Assembly: GCA_039986595.1 (NCBI GenBank)
Contig: JBDWQJ010000004.1
Span: forward strand, 621,385 to 685,384
Length of the DNA stretch: 64,000 nt
Source: Lentilitoribacter sp.
GTDB taxonomy: Bacteria; Pseudomonadota; Alphaproteobacteria; Rhizobiales; Rhizobiaceae
Reading direction: 5' to 3'
Shown: one piece after another, positions 11,267 through 21,516 of the stretch
Layout of the letters: each line of letters starts with the position of its first letter
Numbering within the stretch: the stretch's first letter is position 1
Translations under genes and position numbers: made by a program
The notes under the pieces: model-generated
Database searches by the model: none
What the model was told of the DNA's origin: nothing
Seen by the model: the letters and a program-made list of their open reading frames with translations, nothing else

Positions 11267-13874
11267 TATTCACAATCCTCTTTGGAACGACAATCAGTTT
11301 TCGCACAGGTTGACCATTGATTTTATCGGCAACAAAATCAAGTGCAAGAACAGCTTTTTCAATCGCGTCTTTGTTTGCATCGACGGCTATGGTTAACTCA
11401 CCGCGCTTCTTACCGTTGATTTGCACAGGATACGTAAACGAGTTTTCTGCCACAAGATCAGGATTAAATTGAGGCCATGCTGCGTTTGCAACCATACCCT
11501 CACACTTTAATTCTTGCCAACAGGCTTCTGCCAAGTGCGGCATCATTGGAGCGATCAATTGAATTAGGATTTCACTCGCTTCGCGAGATGCAGATTTGAT
11601 TGTATCATCAGCTTCGCCCTTAGCTACTTTTGCAAGCATAGGGGCAATTGCATTTACATATTCGTAAATACGAGCAACAGATTTGTTAAACCCAAGCTTT
11701 TCAAGATCTTCGCCAACAAGTTTCAGTGTTTTATGTGCTGCTTTCGAGATAGCATTGGCTTCTCCATCCAATGCAGAGGCGGGTTTTACATCACTAAGTT
11801 CAGCTGCTGCTTCTGAAATAATGCGCCAAATTCTCTGTACGAACTTATGTGCGGCCTCAACACCTGCTTCAGTCCAGATAACATCACGCTCTGGCGGGGA
11901 ATCTGACAACATAAAGAAGCGGGCTGTATCTGCGCCATAAGATGCAATAATATCATCTGGATCAACAACGTTCTTTTTGGATTTTGACATTTTCTCAATT
12001 GATCCGATTTCAACGAGTTCACCCGTATCATTCATCGTTGCAGAGCGAACGCCATCAACTTCTTTAATGTCAATCTCAGCCGGGGTAATCCAACCGTTCG
12101 GGCCTTTATAAGTTTCGTGAACTACCATCCCTTGAGTAAAGAGACCTTTGAACGGTTCTTTAATATCTAGGTGTCCAGCCTTTTGCATCGCGCGGGTAAA
12201 GAAGCGTGAATATAAAAGGTGAAGGATCGCGTGCTCAATACCACCAATATATTGATCAACTGGCAACCAGTGGTTTGCCATATCCGGATCAGTTGGATTG
12301 TCATTATTTGGATCTGTAAAGCGTGCGAAATACCAGGACGAGTCTACAAAAGTATCCATTGTATCTGTTTCACGGCGCGCATCTTTTCCGCAACAAGGGC
12401 AGGCGACATGACGCCATGTCGGATGACGATCAAGCGGATTACCTGGTTTATCAAAATTGATATCATCAGGAAGAATAACTGGAAGGTCAGCTTTAGGTAC
12501 AGGAACCGCGCCGCAATCATCACAATGAATAACTGGAATTGGGCAACCCCAATAGCGCTGTCGTGAAACGCCCCAGTCACGCAGTTTAAATTGTGTTTTC
12601 AATTCAGCTTGTGGTGCGCCATTAAAGTCTGTTTCACTCAGTTTCTTTGCGACCAAGTCAAAAGCTTCTTTTGGCTTCATGCCATTTAAAAACTCAGAAT
12701 TGATCATAACACCGTCACCGGTATAAGCTTCCTCTGTTACTTGGAAATTTGCCGCATCACCATCTTGCGGCATAACAACAGGTGTAACTTGCAATCCGTA
12801 TTTATTGGCGAAGTCCAAATCGCGTTGATCACCTGAAGGGCAACCAAAAATCGCACCAGTTCCGTATTCCATTAAAACGAAATTAGCGACAAAGACTTTA
12901 AGCTTCCAGTCTTTGTTAAATGGATGAACGACTTCAAAGCCTGTATCAAAGCCATGCTTTTCTGCAGTTTCTAATGCGGCAGCTGAAGTACCGACACGTC
13001 TACATTCCTCGCAAAATTCATTGAGTTCCGGATTTAATTTTGCAGCTTCTAGCGCTAACGGATGATCTGCAGCGATCGCCATAAAGGATGCGCCAAACAA
13101 TGTGTCAGGGCGAGTTGTGTAAACTTCAAGCTCAGCAAAGCCTTCAGGTGCTGTTTTCGCATCCAACTCCCAGCGGATTTGCAAGCCTTCTGATTTGCCA
13201 ATCCAGTTCTTTTGCATTAACCGAACTTTTTCAGGCCAGTTATCTAGCGTTTCAAGCGAATCCAACAAATCTTCCGAATAATCAGTGATGTTGAAGAACC
13301 ATTGTGTAAGATCACGTTGCTCAACAAGTGCGCCTGAGCGCCAACCACGACCATCGATCACTTGTTCATTTGCAAGAACCGTCATGTCTTCTGGGTCCCA
13401 GTTTACCTTCGCGTTTTTGCGATAAACCAAACCTTTGTCCAAGAAGTCGACAAATAGCTGTTGTTGCTTGTGGTAATATTCCACATCACATGTCGCAAAT
13501 TCACGTGACCAATCCAAAGACAATCCCATGGATTTTAATTGGCGGCGCATCGTGTCGATATTTTCATATGTCCAAGATTTAGGGTGCGTGTTGTTTTGCA
13601 TCGCAGCGTTTTCCGCTGGCATACCAAATGCATCCCAACCCATTGGGTGAAGGACATTAAAGCCTTTTGCGCGGCGATAACGCGCAACAACATCGCCCAT
13701 CGCATAGTTGCGAACGTGGCCCATATGAATGCGCCCGGAAGGATAGGGGAACATTTCCAGGACATAATATTTTTCGCGTTTGTCAGCATTATCTGTTTCA
13801 TAGATTTTATGCTCATCCCATACCTGTTGCCAATGCGGTTCAGATTGTCGCGGATTATAACGTTCAACGGCCAT
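11256..13874 (-). CDS. leuS: Leucine--tRNA ligase
   Basis: [31 protein letters not shown] motifs. Confidence 0.98.
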   Translation of the reverse strand: MAVERYNPRQSEPHWQQVWDEHKIYETDNADKREKYYVLEMFPYPSGRIHMGHVRNYAMGDVVARYRRAKGFNVLHPMGWDAFGMPAENAAMQNNTHPKSWTYENIDTMRRQLKSMGLSLDWSREFATCDVEYYHKQQQLFVDFLDKGLVYRKNAKVNWDPEDMTVLANEQVIDGRGWRSGALVEQRDLTQWFFNITDYSEDLLDSLETLDNWPEKVRLMQKNWIGKSEGLQIRWELDAKTAPEGFAELEVYTTRPDTLFGASFMAIAADHPLALEAAKLNPELNEFCEECRRVGTSAAALETAEKHGFDTGFEVVHPFNKDWKLKVFVANFVLMEYGTGAIFGCPSGDQRDLDFANKYGLQVTPVVMPQDGDAANFQVTEEAYTGDGVMINSEFLNGMKPKEAFDLVAKKLSETDFNGAPQAELKTQFKLRDWGVSRQRYWGCPIPVIHCDDCGAVPVPKADLPVILPDDINFDKPGNPLDRHPTWRHVACPCCGKDARRETDTMDTFVDSSWYFARFTDPNNDNPTDPDMANHWLPVDQYIGGIEHAILHLLYSRFFTRAMQKAGHLDIKEPFKGLFTQGMVVHETYKGPNGWITPAEIDIKEVDGVRSATMNDTGELVEIGSIEKMSKSKKNVVDPDDIIASYGADTARFFMLSDSPPERDVIWTEAGVEAAHKFVQRIWRIISEAAAELSDVKPASALDGEANAISKAAHKTLKLVGEDLEKLGFNKSVARIYEYVNAIAPMLAKVAKGEADDTIKSASREASEILIQLIAPMMPHLAEACWQELKCEGMVANAAWPQFNPDLVAENSFTYPVQINGKKRGELTIAVDANKDAIEKAVLALDFVADKINGQPVRKLIVVPKRIVNIVI

Positions 13875-14050
13875 TAAATTGTCCTGTGGTGCTTTGTATT
13901 ATTACCTATCAGCGCAATTGCTGAAAATATTTTGTCGAGCAATAGCCGTGAAACTTTCCAATCGTCAACAGCTAAGCGGTTCATATTTGATAAAAGATGA
14001 TCTAAATAGACGAATATCTAATGTCATGCCCCACGTGTTGATTTGCAAAA

Positions 14051-14066
14051 TGTTTCACGTGAATCG
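14051..14066. other. parS site (TGTTTCACGTGAATCG) in leuS/yggS divergent spacer
   Basis: 2 mismatches; identical to the site at 17633; contains GAATC. Confidence 0.75.
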
Positions 14067-14081
14067 CTTAAGAGGTCCAAA

Positions 14082-14750
14082 ATGTCTGTTCAGGAAAATT
14101 TGCAAACTGTTCGAAAGAACATCGAAAAAGCGAAATCAAATGCGCTAAAGCCATCACAGCATCTTGAGCTGGTTGCTGTTTCTAAGACCTATGGTGCGGA
14201 TATCATCCAACAGGTGATAGATGAAGGTCAACGCATATTTGGTGAAAACCGCGTTCAGGAAGCGCAAGGTAAATGGCCGGAACTGAAATTGAAAAACGCA
14301 GATATCGAGCTGCATCTTATCGGGCCGTTGCAGTCGAACAAGACAGCAGATGCGTTGGAGTTATTTGACGTGATTGAAAGTGTGGACCGTGAAAAGATTG
14401 CGCGTTCGATAGCGAAAGAATCCCAAAAAATTGGAAAATGCCCAAGTTTGTTTGTGCAGGTCAATACTGGGCTCGAGGACCAGAAAGCTGGTATTGAGCC
14501 GGATAAAGCTGTCGATTTTGTTCGTTTTTGTAAAGACGAATTGTCGCTGCCAATTGTTGGACTTATGTGCATACCGCCGGCTGATGAAAATCCCGGACCG
14601 CATTTCGCATTGCTTTGTAAGCTGGTACAAGAGGCTGAATTACAAGATGTTTCAATGGGAATGAGTGGAGATTACGAAACGGCGATTGCTTTTGGCGCAA
14701 CGCATGTACGTGTTGGATCAGCAATTTTTGGGGCGCGCGACTATACCTAA
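14082..14750 (+). CDS. yggS: PLP homeostasis protein YggS
   Basis: LVAVSK, FGENRVQE, HLIGPLQSNK, SMGMSGDY, VRVGSAIFG; ATG 14082 follows RBS AGAGGT. Confidence 0.95.
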   Translation: MSVQENLQTVRKNIEKAKSNALKPSQHLELVAVSKTYGADIIQQVIDEGQRIFGENRVQEAQGKWPELKLKNADIELHLIGPLQSNKTADALELFDVIESVDREKIARSIAKESQKIGKCPSLFVQVNTGLEDQKAGIEPDKAVDFVRFCKDELSLPIVGLMCIPPADENPGPHFALLCKLVQEAELQDVSMGMSGDYETAIAFGATHVRVGSAIFGARDYT

Positions 14751-14841
14751 AACAATTTCAAAGCTTGAAACCGCTGTCATTTTCGTTCAATTGTGTGGTG
14801 CAACATAAGTTTAAATGAGCACAATTTGCGGGAGAGAGCAT

Positions 14842-16737
14842 TTGACCAGTATGTATCACTCAGTTTACGAGGCGTGGAAAAAAGATCCTGAAGGTTTTTG
14901 GGCAGAAGAAAGCAAAGCTATTGATTGGTTTGAGGAGCCGACAAATATCTTTGATGAAGACATGGGTGTTTACGGTCGGTGGTTTACCGATGGTGTCGTC
15001 AACACTTGTTACAATTGCCTCGATCGACATGTGCAAAATGAAAAGGGTGATAATGTTGCGCTGATTTATGACAGCCCGGTCACCAATACAGTCAAAAAGT
15101 TTACCTATAATGATCTCTTAGCGGATGTGTCCGCATTCTCAGCTGCGCTAAAGGCCAAAGGTATTGGCAAGGGTGATCGCGTTATTATTTACATGCCAAT
15201 GATCCCGCAAACTGTTGTAGCGGTGTTGGCTTGTGCGCGAATTGGTGCAGTTCATTCAGTCGTGTTTGGCGGTTTTGCAGCTAATGAGTTGGCGACAAGA
15301 ATTGATGATTGTGAGGCAAAACTTGTTGTGTCAGCATCCTGCGGTATCGAAGGTGCGCGCACTATTGCTTATAAACCATTGCTTGATGATGCGCTTGAGC
15401 TTTGTAAACATAAGCCAGTCGCGACGATTGTTTATCAGCGCGAGCAACTTGAAGCAGATATGGTTGATGGTCGTGACTTCGATTTTGATCAAGAACTTTT
15501 AAATCACAAAGGTGCTGATGTGCCATGTGAGCCGATGAAGGCGACGGATCCATTATATATCCTTTATACATCTGGTACGACCGGTCAACCTAAAGGCGTG
15601 GTTCGTGATAATGGCGGGCATCTGGTTGCACTCAATTGGACGATGCATAATATTTATGGTGTTAAGCCGGGTGAAGTTTTTTGGGCAGCATCTGATGTGG
15701 GTTGGGTGGTTGGTCACTCGTATATTATCTACGGTCCACTCCTATCTGGAAATCCTGGCATTCTCTTTGAGGGTAAACCTATTGGAACTCCTGATGCGGG
15801 AACCTTCTGGCGTATTATCTCAGAGCATAAGGTTAAATCACTGTTCACAGCACCGACCGCATTTCGTGCTATTCGTAAAGAAGATCCCGATGCTGAGTTC
15901 ATCAAGAAATATGACCTGTCGCATTTTGAAGCTTTGTTCTTAGCTGGTGAACGCGCGGACCCAGATACGATAAAGTGGGCGGAAGAAGTTCTAAAAGTTC
16001 CGGTGATTGATCATTGGTGGCAAACTGAAACAGGTTGGACAATTGCTGGCAACCCAATGGGGCTTGGTTTCTTGCCTGTAAAATACGGATCGCCTGCAGT
16101 GCCGATGCCAGGTTATGATGTTCAGATTGTCAATGATGAAGGCGAACAAATCGCAGCAAATGAGCTTGGCAACATTGTTGTAAAGCTGCCATTACCGCCC
16201 GGGTCAATGCCAACATTATGGAATGCAGAAGAACGTTTCATTGATGCCTATATGGCTGAGTTCCCCGGTTATTATAAAACCGCGGATGCAGGTTATATTG
16301 ATGAAGATGGATATCTTTATATCATGGCGCGAACGGACGACATTATTAATGTTGCGGGCCATAGACTTTCAACGGGCGGCATTGAAGAAGCGATCGCCTC
16401 ACATGATAGTGTTGCTGAATGTGCAGTGGTTGGTGTGACTGATAAACTAAAAGGCCAATTGCCGATTGGCTTTGTGGTCGTGAATTCATCTGTTGATCAA
16501 TCAGCTAAAGAAGTTGAAGCTGAAATTGTTGCGCAAGTTCGTTCTTTGATTGGCCCTGTGGCTGCGTTTAAATCTGTTATTCTGGTGCCGCGTTTGCCAA
16601 AAACCAGATCAGGCAAAATTTTGCGTGGAACCATGCAAAAGATATATGATGGTCTTGAATGGAAGATGCCGGCGACAATTGATGATCCTGCAATTTTAGA
16701 TGAGATTAAATCAGCCATTGATGTTTATCGCAGCTAG
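14842..16737 (+). CDS. prpE: Propionyl-CoA synthetase (acetate/propionate-CoA ligase family)
   Basis: YILYTSGTTGQPKG, DHWWQTETGW, LPKTRSGKILR; TTG 14842 follows GGGAGAG. Confidence 0.88.
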   Translation: MTSMYHSVYEAWKKDPEGFWAEESKAIDWFEEPTNIFDEDMGVYGRWFTDGVVNTCYNCLDRHVQNEKGDNVALIYDSPVTNTVKKFTYNDLLADVSAFSAALKAKGIGKGDRVIIYMPMIPQTVVAVLACARIGAVHSVVFGGFAANELATRIDDCEAKLVVSASCGIEGARTIAYKPLLDDALELCKHKPVATIVYQREQLEADMVDGRDFDFDQELLNHKGADVPCEPMKATDPLYILYTSGTTGQPKGVVRDNGGHLVALNWTMHNIYGVKPGEVFWAASDVGWVVGHSYIIYGPLLSGNPGILFEGKPIGTPDAGTFWRIISEHKVKSLFTAPTAFRAIRKEDPDAEFIKKYDLSHFEALFLAGERADPDTIKWAEEVLKVPVIDHWWQTETGWTIAGNPMGLGFLPVKYGSPAVPMPGYDVQIVNDEGEQIAANELGNIVVKLPLPPGSMPTLWNAEERFIDAYMAEFPGYYKTADAGYIDEDGYLYIMARTDDIINVAGHRLSTGGIEEAIASHDSVAECAVVGVTDKLKGQLPIGFVVVNSSVDQSAKEVEAEIVAQVRSLIGPVAAFKSVILVPRLPKTRSGKILRGTMQKIYDGLEWKMPATIDDPAILDEIKSAIDVYRS

Positions 16738-16792
16738 GATCTAAGCTAATTCTGGTTTAAACCTGCCTCATTGCTAAACACACCAAAGGGAG

Positions 16793-17581
16793 ATGACCTT
16801 GGTAAAGTCAGTTATTGTTACCGGTGCCGCGCAGGGCATTGGTTTTGCTATTGCCGAGCGGTTTATTAAAGACGGTGCTCAGGTCATGATCAGTGACATC
16901 AACGAGGCAAAAGTATTGGAGGCTCAAACAAAGCTATCGCCTTTGGGTGAGGTGGAAGTTTTTGTAGGCAATATCGCTGACCGCATTGATGTGCACAATT
17001 TGGTGGCTGAGACGCTTAGTGCTTTTGGTAAGATTGATGTTCTGGTGAATAATGCCGGTGTGGTTAAAGCTGGTGAATTTCTTGAAATCACTGAAGAAGA
17101 TTTCGATCAGGTCATGGATATCAATATCAAGGGTATGTTCTTGGCAAGCCAAGCGGTCGCCAAGCATCTTGTTTCACGTGTGGAACAGGGAGAAAAACCT
17201 GGGTCTATTATCAACATCTCTTCGGTTAATGACACGATGGTTTTGCCAACACAAATTGCCTATACCGTATCAAAAGGTGCTGTTAAACAGCTAACCCGTG
17301 TCATGGCCGTTTCGTTAGCGCCCTATGGTATTCGCGTAAATGGTATTGGGCCCGGTTCAATTAAGACAGAGATGTTGGCGACCGTGTTGGCGGATAAGGC
17401 TGCTGAGAATAAAATTCTTGAACGTACGCCGATGGGCCGAATAGGTGATCCCGCCGAAATCGCTTCTGTTGCGGCTTTTCTTGCGTCTAAAGATGCCAGC
17501 TATGTAACGGGTGAGATTATCTATACAGATGGTGGGCGTATGCCACTTGGTTATTCCATGCAGTTGGATGACGATAGTTAA
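16793..17581 (+). CDS. Short-chain dehydrogenase/reductase
   Basis: TGAAQGIG, NNAG, YTVSK, VNGIGPG motifs. Confidence 0.92.
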   Translation: MTLVKSVIVTGAAQGIGFAIAERFIKDGAQVMISDINEAKVLEAQTKLSPLGEVEVFVGNIADRIDVHNLVAETLSAFGKIDVLVNNAGVVKAGEFLEITEEDFDQVMDINIKGMFLASQAVAKHLVSRVEQGEKPGSIINISSVNDTMVLPTQIAYTVSKGAVKQLTRVMAVSLAPYGIRVNGIGPGSIKTEMLATVLADKAAENKILERTPMGRIGDPAEIASVAAFLASKDASYVTGEIIYTDGGRMPLGYSMQLDDDS

Positions 17582-17590
17582 ACTATCTGC

Positions 17591-17629
17591 AAAAGAAAAA
17601 GGCTGGCATTCGCAATGAAGGCCAGCCTT
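17591..17629 (-). terminator. Intrinsic terminator of DUF1013 gene
   Basis: AAGGCTGGC...GCCAGCCTT stem; minus-strand tail TTTTTCTTTT. Confidence 0.75.
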
Positions 17630-17632
17630 AAA

Positions 17633-17648
17633 TGTTTCACGTGAATCG
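17633..17648. other. parS site (TGTTTCACGTGAATCG)
   Basis: Identical to 14051-14066; lies between the DUF1013 stop and its terminator; contains GAATC. Confidence 0.75.
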
Positions 17649-17661
17649 TAATGTCAGCTGA

Positions 17662-18396
17662 TTAGCTGTTTTCTTCACTGTCTTTTTCAGCGCTATCATC
17701 TTCATCATCGCTTTTAAGTGATGACAAGCTAGCAAAGACCGAATCAGCATCGTATTCTTTATCCATATCATTTTCGGCTGGTTCTGTGGGTGTATTTAAG
17801 TCACCAGCAAATGTCTGCGTTTGTTCAGCAGGCATCAATGTTTCACCTTGAGCTGCAGGTTCCATAGCTGGACGGTTTTTCGCAGCTTTTTCAACTTCCA
17901 TGTCCAAATCAATCTGGGAACACAAACCAAGAGATACCGGATCCATTGGTGTAAGGTTTGCTGAATTCCAGTGCGTACGATCGCGAATTTGAGCGATTGT
18001 GTTTTTAGTTGTTCCAGCCAGACGAGAGATTTGCGCATCTTTAAGTTCTGGATGATTGCGCACCAGCCATAAAATCGCATTTGGGCGATCCTGACGTTTT
18101 GAAAGCGGGGTGTAGCGCGGACCCTTGCGCTTTTTCTCAGGTAGATGAACTTTAGAAGTTGAAAGCACCAATTTATGTGTTGGTGTTTCTTCACCTTTTT
18201 TAATCTCTTCGCGTGTCAATTGACCCGTTGAAATTGGATCAAGACCCTTAATACCTTGAGAGGCTTCGCCATCAGCTATTGCTTTAACTTCGAGCGGATG
18301 AAGCCTACAAAAAAGGGCAATCTGATCAAATGTTAGCGCCGTGTTGTCAACGAGCCAAATCGCTGTTGCTTTCGGCATGAGTAGCTGCTGTGCCAT
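17662..18396 (-). CDS. trcR: DUF1013 protein (TrcR-like cell-cycle transcription factor)
   Basis: MAQQLLMPKATAIWLVDNTALTFDQIA...RQDRPNAILWL...HWNSANL conserved alphaproteobacterial core with acidic tail. Confidence 0.8.
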   Translation of the reverse strand: MAQQLLMPKATAIWLVDNTALTFDQIALFCRLHPLEVKAIADGEASQGIKGLDPISTGQLTREEIKKGEETPTHKLVLSTSKVHLPEKKRKGPRYTPLSKRQDRPNAILWLVRNHPELKDAQISRLAGTTKNTIAQIRDRTHWNSANLTPMDPVSLGLCSQIDLDMEVEKAAKNRPAMEPAAQGETLMPAEQTQTFAGDLNTPTEPAENDMDKEYDADSVFASLSSLKSDDEDDSAEKDSEENS

Positions 18397-18600
18397 AGAC
18401 GAATCCTTTTCTTAAGCGTCGCGCCGGTTACGCGAGCCGTGGGGTAGTTTACCACAATTTCCGGAGAATTGCCTGAGCTTATAGCTAGATTTTTAACAAA
18501 TTGCAATTGGCGAGAAACAAAGAAAAATCTGTATTCGTTTTCGCAGTTATTTTGATTAAACAATATGGGGATGCGCAATGGTGATGCATAGTAGTTAGAT

Positions 18601-18843
18601 TTAAAAATCAATCGCGCGGCCATCAATCTCCCAGTCGCCAAATCGTGATGGATCAGCGCCGCCGCGACCACCAAATTCTTTGGCAGTTTCTTCGCGTTTT
18701 TCATCGGCTAACTTACGCCGTTCTTCAGCCTCAGCCAATGCGCGTTTTGCTACGTCTGAAAGTTCTTTTTTCACAACAACAACCTCTTCCTGAAAGAAGT
18801 TTTCATTATTTTGGTTATCGTGATTTTGCTTTTCAGTGCTCAT
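18601..18843 (-). CDS. DUF1674 small protein
   Basis: C-terminal KEFGGRGGADPSRFGDWEIDGRAIDF motif. Confidence 0.85.
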   Translation of the reverse strand: MSTEKQNHDNQNNENFFQEEVVVVKKELSDVAKRALAEAEERRKLADEKREETAKEFGGRGGADPSRFGDWEIDGRAIDF

Positions 18844-18881
18844 GGATATGGCCTTTCATAATCCGCAATGGTTTCATTGAT

Positions 18882-18910
18882 GTTGAAACTGACGTAATTT
18901 ACTACCATCT
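18882..18910 (+). promoter_or_regulatory. Candidate RpoH promoter of htpX
   Basis: GTTGAA-N16-ACCATCT resembles the rhizobial RpoH consensus CTTGAA-N15/16-CCTATCT; precedes a heat-shock protease. Confidence 0.4.
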
Positions 18911-18958
18911 TTACGTATATATATCATCATGTAGATCGATCAATGGAGTAAAACTAAG

Positions 18959-20011
18959 ATGAATATGGTCAAAACAGCAATGCTGATCGCTTTTATGACA
19001 GCGCTCTTTATGGGTGTTGGTTTTATGATTGGTGGTACCGGCGGTATGATGATCGCGCTGGTGATTGCAGCTTGTATGAACCTGTTTTCATATTGGAAGT
19101 CGGATAAAATGGTGCTCTCCATGCACCGTGCTAAAGAAGTAAGTCGACAAAACGCGCCCGAATATTATGGCATTGTTGAACAGTTGGCAGATCGCGCAGG
19201 TTTACCGATGCCCAAGGTCTATATCATCGATAACCCACAACCAAACGCATTTGCCACAGGGCGTAACCCAGAAAATTCCGCTGTTGCTGCAACAACCGGG
19301 CTTTTAAATGCTTTAACTCAGGAAGAAGTTGCTGGGGTAATGGCCCATGAATTGGCCCATATCCAAAATCGTGACACGTTGACGATGACAATAACGGCAA
19401 CTCTTGCAGGTGCTATTTCCATGCTAGGCAATTTTGCCATGTTCTTTGGTGGAAACCGAAACAACCCGCTGGGTTTTATCGGTGTGTTGGCAGCAATGAT
19501 TGTGGCTCCGTTTGCAGCGATGATTGTTCAAATGGCAATCAGTCGTACCAGAGAATATTCAGCTGACCGTCGCGGTGCTGAAATTTGTGATAATCCGATG
19601 TGGTTGGCCTCTGCGCTAGAGAAAATTGCAGCTGCCAGTGGCCGAACCGTCAATGAAGATGCCGAACGCAATCCGGCAACAGCACATATGTTTATTATTA
19701 ATCCACTTAATGGTCAGCGTGCTGATAATTTGTTTTCAACGCACCCTGCAACAGAGAATAGAATTAAAGCGCTTCGTCAGATGGAAGCAGAGTTTTCAAG
19801 CCAATATGATCAATATGAAGATGATAGATTTGACAAAGCTGATCGAGACGCGCATATGCGATCTACAACGACGCCATCTACAACGACACCTTGGGAACAC
19901 CAGCGTGAGCAGTATGAGAATAAGCGCCCGGAAAAGGATGTAAAACCCGACCCTGCGCCTAAATCAACTGATCTACCAGGACCATGGGGCCGAAAAGGCG
20001 CTAAAAAATAA
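18959..20011 (+). CDS. htpX: Zinc metalloprotease HtpX
   Basis: [24 protein letters not shown] motifs. Confidence 0.95.
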   Translation: MNMVKTAMLIAFMTALFMGVGFMIGGTGGMMIALVIAACMNLFSYWKSDKMVLSMHRAKEVSRQNAPEYYGIVEQLADRAGLPMPKVYIIDNPQPNAFATGRNPENSAVAATTGLLNALTQEEVAGVMAHELAHIQNRDTLTMTITATLAGAISMLGNFAMFFGGNRNNPLGFIGVLAAMIVAPFAAMIVQMAISRTREYSADRRGAEICDNPMWLASALEKIAAASGRTVNEDAERNPATAHMFIINPLNGQRADNLFSTHPATENRIKALRQMEAEFSSQYDQYEDDRFDKADRDAHMRSTTTPSTTTPWEHQREQYENKRPEKDVKPDPAPKSTDLPGPWGRKGAKK

Positions 20012-20023
20012 GGTTCGTATTCT

Positions 20024-21370
20024 TTGACTGATCACCAACGTCATTATGACAAACCGGGGCTTTCCTCGCGCCAGGCAGCAAGTAAGTTATTATCGGCTAT
20101 CATTGATAAAAAGACATCAATGGATGGGTTGTTGGATTTAAAGGGCGGAAACCCCGCTTACCTTGATCAATCTGATCAGGACCGTTTGTTGGTTAAAGCC
20201 ATTTTGCTTAGCACTTTGCGTAATTATCAGATTATCGAAAAATTCCTTGATCACCTGCTCGAAAAACCATTGCCTTCAGGAGCGGTATCGCTGCGTCATA
20301 TCCTGCGAATTGGTGCTGCGCAGATTTTATATCTGGATGTTCCTGATCATTCGGCGGTGGATTTGGCGGTTGAGCAAGCGAATATCGATCCTCGTAACAG
20401 ACGATTTGCCAATTTGGTCAATGCGATTTTACGCCGTATGGTTCGCGAGAAAGACAATATGCTGCCAAAACTTGGTGAGAAGACCGCCATGCTGCCGGAT
20501 TGGTATGCCAAAAAACTATCTAAGTCTTATGGTTTTAATAGAGCGCGCGGAATGATGCAGCTCATGTCAAAACCAGCACCTATCGATATCACCGTAAAAT
20601 CAGATGCAGATAGTTGGGCTGAAAAACTGGGTGGAACCAGGCTTACAGATTGGTCCATTCGTCTGGAAAAGCTTGACGGGCCGATCCAGTCGTTAGAAGG
20701 TTTTGATGATGGTGACTGGTGGGTGCAAGATGTAGCCGCATCTCTACCAGCGCGTTTGTTTGGTGACTTGTCTGGTAAGCGGGTTATCGACCTTTGTGCG
20801 GCGCCGGGGGGGAAAACCGCCCAATTGATCGCTGCAGGTGCTGATGTGACGGCACTTGATCGTTCAAAAAGTCGATTAAATCGTCTGAAAGAGAATTTAG
20901 AGCGTTTGCAACTAACCGCGCATATTGAATTATCTCGCATGGAAAAATACGAGACTGACGAGCTGTTTGATATGGCGCTATTGGATGCGCCTTGTTCATC
21001 AACTGGGACAATAAGACGTCATCCGGATGTTGTTTGGACTAAAGGTCTAGATGATATTACCTATTTGGCAGGTGTACAAAAAGGTCTGCTTGATCATGCA
21101 ATTACTTTGGTTAAGCCAGGTGGTCTTATTGTCTTTTCTAATTGTTCACTTGAGCCCGATGAAGGTGAAGACATGGTCCGGCAATATGTTGAAGAAAACC
21201 CAGACAAGGTTGAACTCATTTCTGTTGATGCGCAACTTTGCCAAGGCTTTGAAAGTGCTATTACGCAAGAAGGCTTTGTGCGCACGACACCTGACTTTTG
21301 CGTTAATGAAAACGAGCAATTGCAAGGTGTAGACGGATTTTTTGCTGCCATTCTTCGTAAAAAGCCATAA
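20024..21370 (+). CDS. rsmB: RsmB/NOP family RNA m5C methyltransferase with NusB-like N-terminal domain
   Basis: DLCAAPGGKT, DAPCSSTGTIRRHPD, SNCSL, DGFF motifs. Confidence 0.92.
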   Translation: MTDHQRHYDKPGLSSRQAASKLLSAIIDKKTSMDGLLDLKGGNPAYLDQSDQDRLLVKAILLSTLRNYQIIEKFLDHLLEKPLPSGAVSLRHILRIGAAQILYLDVPDHSAVDLAVEQANIDPRNRRFANLVNAILRRMVREKDNMLPKLGEKTAMLPDWYAKKLSKSYGFNRARGMMQLMSKPAPIDITVKSDADSWAEKLGGTRLTDWSIRLEKLDGPIQSLEGFDDGDWWVQDVAASLPARLFGDLSGKRVIDLCAAPGGKTAQLIAAGADVTALDRSKSRLNRLKENLERLQLTAHIELSRMEKYETDELFDMALLDAPCSSTGTIRRHPDVVWTKGLDDITYLAGVQKGLLDHAITLVKPGGLIVFSNCSLEPDEGEDMVRQYVEENPDKVELISVDAQLCQGFESAITQEGFVRTTPDFCVNENEQLQGVDGFFAAILRKKP

Positions 21371-21516
21371 ATCATCAGTTTTTGCTACCTAATCATTATA
21401 TCGGACTATTTTAAAACATTTGGTAATTCGTTAAGTATATCCTTTGGGATAGTTGCTCAATTTTGGACAGGATCGGCAACTTGGGAAAATATCGGCAAAG
21501 CTGATAGGGGATATTA

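Noticed and set aside
13497-13512. CACGTG core in leuS (AAATTCACGTGACCAA)
   Set aside because: 6 mismatches to parS.
14043-14081. yggS extension MQNVSRESLKRSK that would make the parS coding
   Set aside because: The RBS and family start point to ATG 14082.
17170-17185. TGTTTCACGTGTGGAA in the SDR gene
   Set aside because: One good arm only (4 mismatches); a half-site is unlikely to load ParB.
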